Shown here: one piece after another, positions 40,891-54,003 of the stretch
How the letters are laid out: every line of letters begins with the position of its first letter
Numbering within the stretch: the first letter of the stretch is position 1
Source of the DNA: Eledone cirrhosa
Taxonomy: Eukaryota
NCBI GenBank assembly: GCA_964016885.1
Contig: OZ024745.1
Coordinates: 27,404,001 to 27,468,000 of the forward strand
DNA length: 64,000 nt
Reading direction: 5' to 3'
The notes under the pieces: model-generated
Database searches by the model: none
Told to the model about the DNA's origin: nothing
The model's input: the letters and a program-made list of their open reading frames with translations, nothing else
Made by a program: the position numbers and the translations under genes

Positions 40891-40980
40891 CTGTTAAATA
40901 CAGAATTTATTGATTAGGATCTTGTTAATAGATTTACTGAGCCGAGAGGTAAGTAAATAGTTAAGAAACATACATAGAGA

Positions 40981-42385
40981 CGGTGATTGTGATGGTGGAG
41001 GTGAGGGTGATGGTGGAGGTGAGGGTGATGGTGGTGGTGGTAGTGATGGTGGTGGTGGTAGTGATGGTGGTAGTGGTAGTGATGGTGGTAGTGGCAGTGA
41101 GGGTGATGGTGGTGGTGGTAGTGATGGTGATGGTGGTAGTGGCAGTGATGGTGGAGGTGAGGGTGATGGTGGAGGTGAGGGTGATGGTGGAGGTGAGGGT
41201 GATGGTGGTGGTGGTAGTGATGGTGGTAGTGGTAGTGATGGTGATGGTGAGGGTGATGGTGGTGGTGGTAGTGATGGTGGTGGTGAGGGTGATGGTGGTA
41301 GTGGTAGTGATGGTGGTGGTAGAGGTGAGGGTGATGGTGGAGGTGAGGGTGATGGTGATGGTGGTAGTGATGGTGGTGGTGGTAGTGATGGTGGTAGTGG
41401 TAGTGGCAGTGATGGTGATGGTGGAGGTGAGGGTGATCGTGGTGGTGGAGGTGAGGGTGATGGTGGTGGTGGTAGTGATGGTGGAGGTGAGGGTGATGGT
41501 GGTAGTGGTAGTGATGGTGGAGGTGAGGGTGATGGTGGTGGTGGTAGTGGCAGTGATGGTGATGTTGGAAGTGAGGGTGATTGTGATGGTGGTAGTGGCA
41601 GTGATGGTGATGGTGGTGGCAGTGGCAGTGATGGTGGAAGTGGTGGTGGTAGTGGCAGTGATGGTGGTGGTGGTGGTGGTGTCAGTGGCAGTGATGGTGG
41701 AAGTGGTGGTGGTAGTGGCAGTGATGGTGGTGGTAGTGGCAGTGGCAGTGATGGTGATGGTGGTGGTGGTGGCAGTGGCAGTGATGGTGTGAAGGTGGTG
41801 ATGGTAGTGGCAGTGATGGTGATGGTGGTGGCAGTGGCAGTGATGGTGGAAGTGGTGGTGGTAGTGGCAGTGATGGTGGTGGTGGTAGTGGCAGTGATGG
41901 TGGTGGTGGTGGCAGTGGCAGTGATGGTGGTGGTGGTGTCAGTGGCAGTGATGGTGGAAGTGGTGGTGGTAGTGGCAGTGATGGTGGTGGTAGTGGCAGT
42001 GGTGGTGATGGTGGTGGTGGTGGCAGTGGCAGTGATGGTGTGAAGGTGGTGATGGTAGTGGCAGTGATGGTGATGGTGGTGGTGGTGGCAGTGGTAGTGA
42101 TGGTGAAGGTGGTGGCGGTGGTGGTGGCAGTGGCAACAATAAAGATGATGATAATGGTGTTGGAGGTGATGATGATGGTGGTAATGGTAACTGCAGTAAT
42201 GGTGATGATGATGGCGGTAGTGGTAGCTGCAGTAATGGTGATGATGATGGTGGTAGTGGTAGCTGCAGTAATGGTGATGATGATGGCGGTAGTGGTAGCT
42301 GCAGTAATGGTGATGATGATGGTGGTAGTGGTAGCTGCAGTAATGGTGATGATGATGTTGTTTGTGGTGGTGGTGGCAATGACAA
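40981..42385. repeat. (GGT/GAT/AGT)n compound trinucleotide repeat in CYP intron 3
   Basis: Direct inspection. Confidence 0.92.
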
Positions 42386-42431
42386 TGTTCATTTCTTCTT
42401 TTGTGTGCGTGTGTGTGCATATGAATGTGTG

Positions 42432-42629
42432 CGAGGGTTGGCTGAAAGGTTCATAGGCTGACCAAGATACTCTCATGGAATGACCAAATGAGGTTTATTT
42501 TTCAACATAGTCCCTGGAAAGAAATAATGCAATTATTAATAAGAAGAGTTGAAATTAATGCAGGCAAGATTTCACAGCTCTAGCATACCTCCTTCAAAGT
42601 CAGCCTATGAACTTTTTAGTCAACCCTCA
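42432..42629. mobile_element. Tc1/mariner-type MITE, second copy
   Basis: Inverted copy of 5788-5973, 50 bp from the CYP exon 3 donor. Confidence 0.82.
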
Positions 42630-42678
42630 TATGTGTGTGAGTGTAATGATGAGGATGATGAAGGTAATCACTTCTTAC

Positions 42679-43119
42679 CTCAAGTTGGAAAGGTTTGATA
42701 ACTTTCCGATAAACTCCCCCTACTGGAGGTATTCGTCGAAGTATCTCTTTGAATACACAGTGTAGGTAGTTAAGTTTTGCTATGTGATCTTGTGTTACAT
42801 CTGGATAATAGATGCCATCTTGCCCAAGAAGTCCATGATCGTTCAGCTCTTGTCGTAGTTTCTGCAAGACTTTTGGGTGAGCAGCTATAAGATAGAGGGC
42901 CCAAAAGCTGGCAGTTGCTGTCGTTACATTACCAGCAAAGATTATTTCCAATAAAGAATCTTCTATTTTTCTGTCTATGTCTCTGGCATTGTTTTCTTGT
43001 AGCATGCAGTGAAGAGAATTGAGGAAGTCTTTAGAATGTTCTTGGTGCTGCTCATCTGTTTGAGTTTCACTCAAAACTGTTCGGATGATGGAACATATTT
43101 CATCCCGAGCTTTCATACT
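42679..43119 (-). CDS. CYP26: CYP26-like cytochrome P450, exon 3
   Basis: GAAG acceptor. Translates SMKARDEI, the I-helix IIFAGNVTTATA and the K-helix KEILRRIPPVGGVYRKVIKPFQLE. GAG|GTAAGA donor; 147 codons. Confidence 0.93.
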
Positions 43120-44307
43120 CTTCACAAACAAACAAACAAAAATCAAAATAAGAAAGTTAAAAATAACAGGTAGAATATTTTATATAGATTTATATGGAGG
43201 AGAATATCATAGAAAGTTTTGAAATTTATCCATTTATCAAATAAATAACATAAGTAGAATCAGGAGAGATGACTTATACCTAGCAAGTCCCTAAGTGACA
43301 TCTAGATATAGGGGTTCAGGGCAAATATGAAAATATGCTATTTTGGGTCATACTTAGATTGCCCATTGGTAAGACATAGTACACTTTAAATTTAGCAAGA
43401 ATGTACAAGCTGGCAATAATTATCAGAAAATCTTTAGAAAATTGGAAAGAAAATTCCATCTCAATCTCGTGATACCCACCTGATATATGATGTCAGCATT
43501 TAATATTCACATTTAAACACACGCACACATTCACAGACACACATCATCATCATCATCACCACTTAATGTCTATTTTTCCATGCTAGAACATCATGAGACA
43601 AGTCTGACCAGCTGGCCATGCCATACCTTGCTCAGACAGAACTGTATTTTGGCTGAGATTTTTACAGTTAGGTGCCCTTCCTAACACCAACCACATTTGC
43701 AGTGAGAAACTGGATGGCACTGTTATGAGGAACGTCTGGCCAGTTGGCCAGTATCTAATTGTCTCATAATAGAGATAGTATTTAGAGTATAGCTTAACAA
43801 CAGATTTTTTATATACAATTATGGTGTGAGGTTGTAGTTAAAGATAAATACTTTAAAATAAGCAGTTTAGTATCATAGAACCCAAGGTGGTTTCAGGTGG
43901 TTTGGTATCAAAAGGTTAGCTCCTCAACTATATCTGCATCTTGATAGATATAAAAAGACCTCTTTCGGTTACAATATACCATGAGTTTTGCACCTAGAAA
44001 GTTTTTCCCCCAAGGTACAAGTCTGGGCAAGGTGTTTTTGTGGAAGCCCAACAGTCATCCACATATACCTGTCTCCACTCTCTATACCACTGATGTTATC
44101 CAAGGGACAGGCAAAGGCTGATAGTGTTTGGCACCAGTTACAGTGCAACTTATTTTTTCCAATTGAGTGAACTGGAGCAAAGTAAAATAAAGTGTCTTGC
44201 TCAAGGACACAACGCACCACCCAGTCTGAGAATCAAACTCACAACTTCATGATTGTGAGTCCAACATTCTAACCATAAAGCCATGCACTTCCTATTGATA
44301 TACTCAC

Positions 44308-44802
44308 CTTATAAAATCCAGTACCAGGTATATTAAGGGGTATTGACATTAAGTTCTTCTCAAAGACAGAAACTATTGTGATAAGTCTTTGTACAACAAA
44401 TTCCTCTAAGTCATTCCTTATGAAATACTTGATCACACTTCTGATCGCCATGTCATGACATTGATCTACAGGATCAATAACACCAGCTTTAATCCAGGCC
44501 TCTATTTTCTCAATGGCTGTCGTCTGGAAATGATCTAAGTGGCATTTCAGCTTTGTTGGGGTCATTGTCTTCAGGAGAACAGACTTATGTTGACGATGGC
44601 GGACACCACAGCTCATTGATAAAGAATTAGAACCAATAAGAGCTCGAGTTGACGGGGGCCAGAAAGACTGTAGAATTTTGTTGTCTCCCATCATCAGTGT
44701 ACGGATGTTATCACTGCCACATACTCGCACTGTTGGACTGCCAAATATATGAGTCTTAAAAACCCTACCATATTTCGAGTGACGCTGGAAGGTGAACTTT
44801 TC
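44308..44802 (-). CDS. CYP26: CYP26-like cytochrome P450, exon 2
   Basis: TTTTCACAG acceptor. Translates EKFTFQRHSKYGRVFKTHIFGSPTVRVCGSDNIR...WPPSTRALIG...SIPLNIPGTGFYK. AAG|GTGAGT donor; 165 codons. Confidence 0.93.
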
Positions 44803-46047
44803 CTGTGAAAATATGAAATAAGAATTCACTGTTGAGGCTATAGTATATATATATGTATATATGTATATGTATGTATGTAAGTATATATATATATATATAT
44901 GTACGTTTATACCAGTAACTCCTGGTGGAGTTGTAGGGATGCTACAGTAACATACGTTTCTTAAGATTAAAAAAAAAACAGATTTCCTTCCAGAGGTGAG
45001 CGATAGAAATTCAAAGTAAGAAAAAAGTTATAGTACTGGACTTCTATTTTTTTGTCGACCTTAGAAAGATGAAAGGCAAAGTTGACTGTGGCAGGATTTG
45101 CACTTAGAATGTAGAGAGACGAAATGAAGACAACAAACCATTTTATCCAATGTTCTAACAACTCTACCAATTCACCACCTCTGTAGTTTATTTATTGCTG
45201 TTTAAAGTTCAGAGTTATGAAATGAAACAAGGAAAAATAACAAAAGAGTACAATGGTACAAGAAACTGGCATATCAAGGAAGGGCCAGATTTAAAGGAAT
45301 ACCAGGGCAGAGGGGGGGGGGGGAACTAAAACCATCACCAACAGTGTATCCACTACTCCAACAACACATATGCACATATACACAAAGAAGAATTAAATAC
45401 AACACACACACACATGATCCCCCTTTTTATCCTCTTATATCTGTGAACCTCATGTTTGTGTTTCCTCTATTCCTAATTTGTCAAAATACAAAGTATAAGC
45501 ATGTCTTACATCAAGGGGATTCACATTTTTTATATAACATTTTACAAACTAACTAAAGTAATTTCCTACGCATACAAATATGTATGTAATTATAGCTACT
45601 GAACCACCTTGGAAGCCCCTTGCAAAAACAATTACACCATAAGGTCTCACAATAATTGAAATCACATATGACTTAATTATTTTGATGCCTCTGCGAAAAC
45701 GATGCAGTAAAAGGAACTTCAAACATCACTGGTGACAACTCGCTATATTATACTAAAAGAAGAGAAATAAATAAAGAAATATATAGAAATATATATTTTT
45801 GTAAATAAGACAATAGAACCGTGTGGAAATGGAAGCACCAATTGAAACATAAGTTTTAAATCTCCGAAGCCGTTTATGAAAGTATTGAAGAAGACAAGAA
45901 AACACACTTCGATCTTCCAACATGGAAGAGGCTCCTATCAGAAGAAACCGTCACTGAATCATCATTTTTCTTACCTGTTGTACAAACCTGGCTGGACACA
46001 GAACACTGCACAAACATTCTAATAGTTCTATAGAGTTATGAAATAAT

Positions 46048-46231
46048 TGTTTCTACTTTAGGCACAAGGCCAGCAATTACCCAGTGCATTACTGGTACTT
46101 TATTTTATCTACCCCGTAAGGATGAAAGGCAAAGTCAACCTCGGCGGGATTTGAACTCAGATCGTAAAGGGACGTAACTATGCTGGAAAGCATGGCGTCC
46201 GACCCTCTACCGATACTGCCAATCCACCGCC
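46048..46231 (-). mobile_element. tRNA-derived SINE with 17-bp TSD
   Basis: TSD TAGAGTTATGAAATAAT at 46031 and 46235. Confidence 0.9.
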
Positions 46232-46689
46232 CTTTAGAGTTATGAAATAATACATTTGAATAAGCCATAGATGACGAACATCATTAAGTAATGTCAGTTT
46301 CATGAGGAGATAAAACGCCTCCATCCTTTTGAAGGGAAAAAAAAAGAAAAAAAACAAAATCACAAGGGATTGACACTCCAAATTCACTATTTTCCTTTTA
46401 CTTTGCTCCGCTTTTCAAATTAAATGACACGACGGTTCAGTTATATTCAAATATTGTAAGCGCGTCCATTGAGAATATCGTCTTTGACAAACTGCTCAGT
46501 TGCTCGCATGTGTGCGTGCTGAACTCTGGGTCTTTCCGCTGGGAACCCCTTGTTTCTCCCCCCCCTTTTTTTGTGTACATCCATCCATCCATTCACTCGT
46601 TGATTTACTGCCATTCTACCTTCCTGTGTCTCCCCCTCCATGCAGCCCCTTTTCGCTCTCGTTTTCTGGCACCTCCATATATATAGGTG

Positions 46690-49600
46690 AGCTATGCTGC
46701 CCTCTTACCAGCACTTTCCCTTCCAACCACACACACCAGCCACCCACCCCTGATGCCGCTCGGTGCCCCAGTCCCCGGCGCCATGCCCCATCCCTCCAAA
46801 TCGACACCTGCAGCACTTGCGGCACCACTAACAAACAGAAGAGGGGCCGGAACTGTTTGGGGTGCGGCTGCTTCCACCACCTCACCTGCGTTGGCTTGAC
46901 TCGTCGAGCTTCCAATGCCCTCGCAGCGTGGAGGTGCAGGAGCTGCCTCTTCCCCACGTCTTCCCAGCCACGGCCGTCTGGCACACCACCAGATGGGACA
47001 GCGAGCTTGCCTGACGCCCGAGCCTCGCTGGTCAACATCGCTCGGCTCAGGCGGCTCCGGAAGATCCCACTCAGGATCCCGAGAGCGGCACGGGTGCTGG
47101 TGGCCGATGCCCTCGTTTCCTCGATTGAGAGCGTCCTGGACTCCAATCGAGCCAGTGACTGGGAGCGGCTGTTCTATTTCGCCCCACTCGCCCTCGGCCT
47201 CCCCAGCTCTGGCCGGAGCGGCCGGTCAACAGCAGCCTTCGTCAAGGCCAATGTCTCGTCATTTGGGCGAGCGCCCATTCCAAGCATTCCCAGGGACGCC
47301 ACACACCCCAACCTCAGGTACCCCCTATCCTCCACCCCCGAGGCCAGCGCCAAGCGTTTGCGTGACCAGGTAAACGCAAAGCTTATCATGAGTGATGTCT
47401 CGGCCGCAGTCAGAGTTATTGCCTCAGAAGACACTGTCCTCCAACCCACCAAGGAGATCCTGGCTGCTCTGCGGCTCAAACACCCTGATCCACTCACTGA
47501 TCTCAGACCCATACCCCCACCCGACCCCACCTGCTCCTTGTGGCTACTGATGCAGATATCATGTCCGCCATCAGGTCCTTCCGAGCTAGGAGCTGCGGAG
47601 GTGTTGATGGTCTCCGACCAGGCCACCTCAGAGTTTACAACCCCCCCTCTCCGCTGAGTGCAATTGTGGCGCTCACCAATAGGCTCATTCATGGTGCCCT
47701 CAACCCTTACACCTAAGGCCTCTTTTTCTCGGCCAGCCTCACTGCTCTCAGGAAGAAAGAGGGTGGCAAACGCCCCATTGCTGTGGGCAATGTCTTCCGA
47801 GGCTGGCTGCCAAGGTGATCTGCAAGTCTGTCACACATGAACTGGGTGAGGAGTTTAGTTCGGTGCAATTGGGTGTCGGCGTGTCCGGTGGCTGTGAGGG
47901 AGCCTCTCATGCAATCAGGCAGTTCTTCAGCAGCTGCCCATCGGTACCGGCATCCAGGGACTCCAGGCACCTCATTGTCAAGCTTGACATGAGGAATGCC
48001 TTTAACTCTTTACGCCGGGATCATCTGCTCGAGGCCTGCCTCAGCCGCGCCCCCTCTGCCTACCCGCTGGCCTACCTGTCATATGGAGCCCCGAGCATGC
48101 TCCTAGCTGCTGATACGGTCATACCCTCAGCTACTGGGGTCCAACAGGGCGACCCTTTGGGACCCCTCCTGTTCGCCCTTGGTATTGACCACTTCATTCG
48201 GAGTATCACGGCCCCTCTCAACGTTTAGTATCTGGATGATGCTACGTTGGGCGGGCCCGTACGGATGGTCTGCCAAGACCTTCAATCGGTGATTTCTGCC
48301 CTGGTAGGAATCGGCCTCCAGGTCAACTCGGCCAAGTCGGAGGTGGTGAACGTCAGCCTCGATGCTTTGAGCTTTGCAGCCTCTGTCTTGGACGTGCGGT
48401 CCATTCTCCGCCAGGTTCAGGTGACCCCCAAAGAAGATGTCCTCATCCTCAGGTCACCGATCCACCCGCCGGCCATCCGCTCCAGCATCAGGTCCAGGCT
48501 TCAACAGTTCCAGACTCTCACGAGCCAACTGGGCTTGATTGACGGCCACCCAGCTCTCTTTCTGCTGAGGAACTGCTTCGCCATGCCGAAGCTCCTCTAT
48601 ACACTCTGCAGCGCTCCATGCTACACCCAGACATCTCTCCTCGCTGACCTTGATACATGTATCTGAGCAGCAACCGAGGGGATATGCAACGTCAAGTTTG
48701 ACGACATAGGGTGGCAACAGGCCACTTTACCAGTCAGGTATGGCGGCCTAGGCCGCCGGTCCCCGATCTCACTAGCTTTGCCGGCGTATCTTTCATCGGT
48801 AACCTCGTGCCGTCCTCGTCAGCAGGGTTCTTCAAAACACAACAGAAACCTCTGTGTTCAGAGAACGTGAGGCTGCCTGTGAGATGTGGGACCGGCTGGG
48901 ACTAAGCCCAGTAGACGTCCCCTCACTTGGGATGCCATCCAGTGCAGCCTGGCCTCAGACAGGCTCACGCACCAGCTCGACCAGCACCGCCTTGCTTGTT
49001 TTCGTGTGGTACCCAAACCCCACAGTGGTGCCTGGCTCCATGCTCTGCCCTCCTTCGCCACTGGCACGCAGCTAGACAACCATAGCCTGCGAATTGGCGT
49101 TTCCCTGAGGCTCGGCCTCCGGATCTGCCAGCCACACCAATGTCGCTGCGGTTCCGCCGTGGACTCTTTCGGCCTCCACCCGCTTTCCTGTCGCCACAGT
49201 GCCGGCCGCATTCCACGCCATACTGCCCTCAACGAGGTCATTAAGCATGGCTTGGATGCTGCAGGCTTCCCTTCCCAGCTCGAGCCGGTGGGGCTGGATC
49301 AAGGGGACGGCAAAAGGCCAGATGGCATGACCATCTTCCCGTTCCGCGGTGGCAAACCCTTCGTCTAGGATGCCACTTGCACCGACACTTTCTGCAGTCG
49401 CAACCTGGTGCAGTCTGCGACTGACCCAGGTTCTGCTGCACGTTGGGCTGAGGGGGCCAAACTCCTCAAATCCCGGTCGCTCTCCGACAAGTTTGCGGTC
49501 GTTCTCCTGGCAGTGGAAACTTCTGGTGTCCTTGGCTCCAGGGCTACCTCCTTACTCACCACCTTAGGTGGTGAGCTGGCCAGCCGCAGGTGTGAGCCCC

Positions 49601-49704
49601 GCGAGTTTGAGTGGCTTTTCCAGCGTGTCTCCCTTGCCGTCCTCCGGGGAAACGCCTTCTCCATTCTGTCCGTGGGCCCCATTGCGTACCAATACATTAG
49701 TTAA
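46690..49704 (+). mobile_element. Near full-length, disrupted CRE-like non-LTR retrotransposon (PHD finger, RT, zinc knuckle, RLE) in CYP intron 1
   Basis: PHD-like CSTC...CLGC...HHLTC...WRCRSC. RT motifs KLDMRNAFN, GVQQGDPLGPLLF and *YLDD (48226-48240). CRC...H...C and RH motifs, then RLE KRPDG...DATC. Contains stops (48226, 48664, 49366) and frameshifts. The 5' boundary is approximate. Confidence 0.9.
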
Positions 49705-50045
49705 ATACCATTCTTTCATCTGATACACCACAAAATAAATGATAGTTTCGTCTTTTTCAATACATGTAGGTTTTCATGACATTAAATGAAGGACGAACGT
49801 CTGATACGTGGAATTTACCTTTTAAGACTATCGTTATTGTATCTCTGTCCTTTTTTTAATTATATATATATGCGTGTGTGTTCGTGTACGTGTGTGCATT
49901 TACGCACTCATTTCTATGTCTCGTAACTTAGCGGTTTGACAAGAAAGTGATCGATGAAATAAGTATAGGATTTGAAAAAATTAGTACTGGTGTCGATATG
50001 ATCGGTTAAATCAATGCTGTGCCCCAATATAGCCACAGTCTAATG

Positions 50046-50351
50046 CAGGGGTTTCAAACTCAAGGACTCAAAAGGACCATTACATCCTAAGGAAGAGGCA
50101 CAGCAGACCAAAAGTTGAGTGAGTGTGTGTGATTCCCACCAATTATAATATTAATCTGCAATATAACTGATAGGATGCTATTTATCATCATTTTTCTTTT
50201 AATTTGTTAAAATAAATACACATATGATAGTAATTGGAATATGTAAATTAGTACAAAATGTAGGGAACACATTTTCCATTTCAAATTTTCCTCAATTAAT
50301 CACAAAAATTGTTCTGTCGCAGGCCCCAGAAAAGCGTGTTTAAGACCCCTG
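50046..50351. mobile_element. hAT-type MITE
   Basis: TIRs CAGGGGTTTCAAAC / GTTTAAGACCCCTG. Imperfect 8-bp TSD GTCTAATG/ATTTAATG. Confidence 0.75.
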
Positions 50352-50816
50352 ATTTAATGATCGAAACCAATAAAAGAACAACAGAATACATTGGTATGAT
50401 CTGGTCCAGTAACTCCTAAGGATGTCATAGGGGCACCGTAATGGAATATGGCAGTTACTGAGCATTTCTTAAGCCTGGCAGAGACCATTCCTCTCCAGGT
50501 CGGAACACTGTAGAATTCTTCCAGGGAAAGATAGAAAGTGAGAGAAAGGAAGTGAAAAGGAGATATAAAGGAAGAATCGATTCCAGTACAAGACTGGTAC
50601 TTTTTATATCGACCTCGAAAGATGAAAGACAAAGTTGATCTCAGCTGGGTTTGAACTCAGAAAGTCGGAATGAATACCACAAAGCATTCTATCCGACGTT
50701 CTAACGACTCTGCCAATTTGCGCCTTAGAATACATTATGTAAACTTGCTGCCTTGGAATACATTAATATGTAAACTTAAAAACAACAATAATTAGAGCAA
50801 ATCAAGTGTTAATTAC

Positions 50817-51017
50817 CTTCAATGTCAAAAAGGTGAGCGTTTCCCCGATCAGGGGGAAATAACCCATGGTACCAGGAGGTAAGTTGTAGAGCTTGGTCAT
50901 CAAACGAAAGTAGAAACAATGAGATAAGGAGATTAAAGCCAACAAGAGGATTGCTGAGGCTGTATAGAAGACATAAGAGGGAGTATCTTCTATAAGAGTC
51001 TGTAGTATTGACGTCAT
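50817..51017 (-). CDS. CYP26: CYP26-like cytochrome P450, exon 1
   Basis: ATG at 51017, then a hydrophobic anchor and LPPGTMGYFPLIGETL (proline hinge typical of the CYP26 clan). AAG|GTAATT donor, phase 0; 67 codons. Confidence 0.88.
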
Positions 51018-51373
51018 CGTGAAAAATGGATCTGAAACGAGGAAAATATAATATCACCAATGCTTAATCGAACAGGCCATCTTGGGACTGACGGGGTAAA
51101 TGAGCAATTAGGAAAAAAGAAATGAGTTCACTGATAATTATTGTTTGGTTTTTGTCTCAATTATGTTTTATTTATATATTTATTTTGTGATAAAATTATC
51201 TCTGTTATAACTGATTGGTCCTTACCGTCCTCCATTTAGAGATAAGCAGGTCGTAAGTAGTTGTCTTTTTTTTATTTATTATATCGAAATAAATGATGTA
51301 CGCGAAATCACAATATAACAACAGCTGTCAAAATTCAAGGCATACACGCATATTTCTTTATTACATAAATATT

Positions 51374-52960
51374 TCACATGTGGCACGACAAACCATGGAG
51401 ACCTGCGGAGTTGAGGGGCTTACCACAACAACATTTTAGTCCCCTACAGATATCGGTTCCCACTCTAAGTGCAATGGAGATGCAGAGCTCATCCAGACTG
51501 AGTAGGCCACCGATGTTGGCTACGGGTAGAGCATCAATCCAGTCCCCTGAGAATTTTGTACTCGCGGAAAGAAGGCCACACCTTGAGAATTGATCAGATT
51601 GGTCAAAGAGAGAGTTGAAGGTGTCACTCGAACCGAGATTGTCCCAAATTTTCTGCTTCAGTTTATCCTCCTCTGTATCAGGAACTGACAAACTTAGCTC
51701 TCTCCACTGTAGTTGAGCTTCATCCATCTCCCTGTTGGAACCAGTCCATACTGGGGGAGGGGGGATGTTACCTACAAAAGTGGACTAAGCATGAATGTAG
51801 GAAAGAAAGCAAGGAAGAGACAGAGACGAGCATTTACACAGACCTGGATCCCAAATCATTTAGGCAACGCAGCCTGGAGAGAGTCTGACGTTGGCCAGAC
51901 ATTTCAGTTTACTAAAAATTAGGTTGTTTACTAAAGAAAGTGTTGGAGAGATAACGATAATCTATAGGAGGGACTGACTGAGCATATACAATAACTTGGG
52001 AATCGATAGGTATTTGCTAGGTTTTTAAAAAAAACTTTGATAGGGCGCAATTGCCTCAATATTTTCAGTAGTTGTTCGGGATTATCCATCTTCGATAGAA
52101 AATAGACTTGAAAGATAGGTCATATAATTGGGGCTCCTAAGGAGTCAATGAGGAAGGTGCCACAATGTAGTATTCTGTAAACAGGTCTACAGTCTGCTGA
52201 TGTGAAGCTGGGTGCTTGAGGAGCCAGAGCCTGATTTGGGCCGCTACAATCAAGTTCATTAAGCATTGTCTTCGCAGTTACAAGGACATTATCTGGTGCC
52301 CCCCTTAACAAGCATCAGGATACCAGACATTCAAATCCAGGCCATCTATTCTATTAACAACGTTGATGCCCTGAGAAAATAGAACAGGCCCAAATGGGTC
52401 AAATTGCTGGACTCCTGAGGTAGATAGGATGAAATATTCACCAAAGGAGAGGTAAGAGGGCTCTCAATAAGCCTGCCAAGCAAAGTGGTAAGGCTGTTGG
52501 GGTCTCTCTTTATTGAATAGAGGATGACCTCACAACTGAAGGATTGGAAGGCATTCTTGTGGATTACCCTGAGGACCTCAGAAGGAAAGTTGGTAAAAAC
52601 TCTTGTGGCGTGGGAGGAGGGAGGGCTGAATAGGGGGAAATTCTTCAGGAAGGCAGTCTGAAACCGATGACATACAAACTTTTGCTATTAGCCATCACAG
52701 AGAGCACCCAACTGCAATAGGGCAGAGGTCACCACTGGGCTTTTTGAGACCAAATAGTTTAGCCCCAAAGAACAAGGGGCAAGTATAGGGGAAGGACATT
52801 TTCTAACGAGAACATATTGACAAACTGGGTCAGATAGTCCAAAAGCTTGAGTCCAACATCACCGGCCAACAGGGAGATACTATCCTTAAGGTGCTGAGAT
52901 CGGAAGCCATCAAGCCCCGCAGGAAAATATGCAATCGCCTTCCTGGTGTTATCCGAAGTG
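51374..52960 (-). mobile_element. Degenerate CRE-like retrotransposon fragment (different subfamily)
   Basis: Translates AGLDGFRSQHLKD (RT N-terminal part) and SGDWIDALPVANIG...LRVG...CCCG...GLHGLSC. Heavily disrupted. Confidence 0.75.
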
Positions 52961-53154
52961 AAAACTAATTGTAAATAAACTGGTGCATCGGCTCAGTGTA
53001 AATAGTTTTTTAGAGGGGCCAGAGGTTGCTTCTCTCTCAATCGTTCGAGAGAGTCTAATTTACACTGGACAAGAGAGAACACAGAAGGGAGGGGCGGGGC
53101 AGCCCCTTTAATATCAAATTCGCTGAATTAGGCATTCACAACTTCCTTTAAGTT

Positions 53155-53272
53155 TGGCGATGGAGAATGTATTGCCCCGGAGGATAGCGAGGGAGATACG
53201 CTGAAACAGCCACTCCACCTTGCGGTGCTCGCACCTGCGGGAGGCCAACTCCGTCCCCCCGATAACAGTGAG
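53155..53272 (-). mobile_element. CRE-like 3' terminal fragment
   Basis: Translates ETFGVLG...ELASRRCEHRKVEWLFQRISLAILRGN, matching 49515-49660. Confidence 0.8.
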
Positions 53273-53967
53273 TAGGGATGTGGTCCGGAGACCAAGAACA
53301 CCGAAAGTTTCCTTATTGTTTTTGTTTATTCAGTTCTGGTCTCATTTCCATGTTGTTGTTGTTTTTTTTTCCTAATGAGAATGAAATGATTGTATTTGAA
53401 GCTACGTTCAAATCTTCGGTTAATTCGTGAAAATTACTGGGTTAACAAGAGAATCTTGACAAATTGATGGAGGGAAATTGTTAACTACAGAATGTGTGTG
53501 GAAGAGGGACCGAGACTAAAGAGGGACCGAGAAGAATTTAGAGAGAGCGAGGGATGATAGGCATGATAAGTCAACTGAACCAGCAGTAGCAGTAGCTGCT
53601 GCTATTAAAGTCTATGATTAACAATAATCCTTACTCTTTCCCTCCTTTTTCTCTTATTTATATCATTTACAGTCTTTTACAATGTTACTGTCTTTTTCCA
53701 TGTTTGACTTATTATTAAATTCTTCGAATAGGCTATGTAACCGGTAAACCCTGAAGAGACATATCGCTATAGTGTTTCACCAGCCCCTTCTTTCATCAAT
53801 CATTCATAGATGTGTGTGTATGTAATAATTATTTTGCATAATGTGTATTTATGAATATGTATGAGCAGGTGTATGTGTGTGTAAGACAGTTATTACTTCA
53901 ATCTAATCAATTATTTTGCATAATGTGTATTTATGAATATGCATGAGCAGAGGGGGGGGGGGAGGGC

Positions 53968-54003
<36 letters not shown>

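Noticed and set aside
40894-42476. Extensin-like/His-rich long ORFs
   Set aside because: Trinucleotide repeat inside CYP intron 3; open in several frames on both strands.
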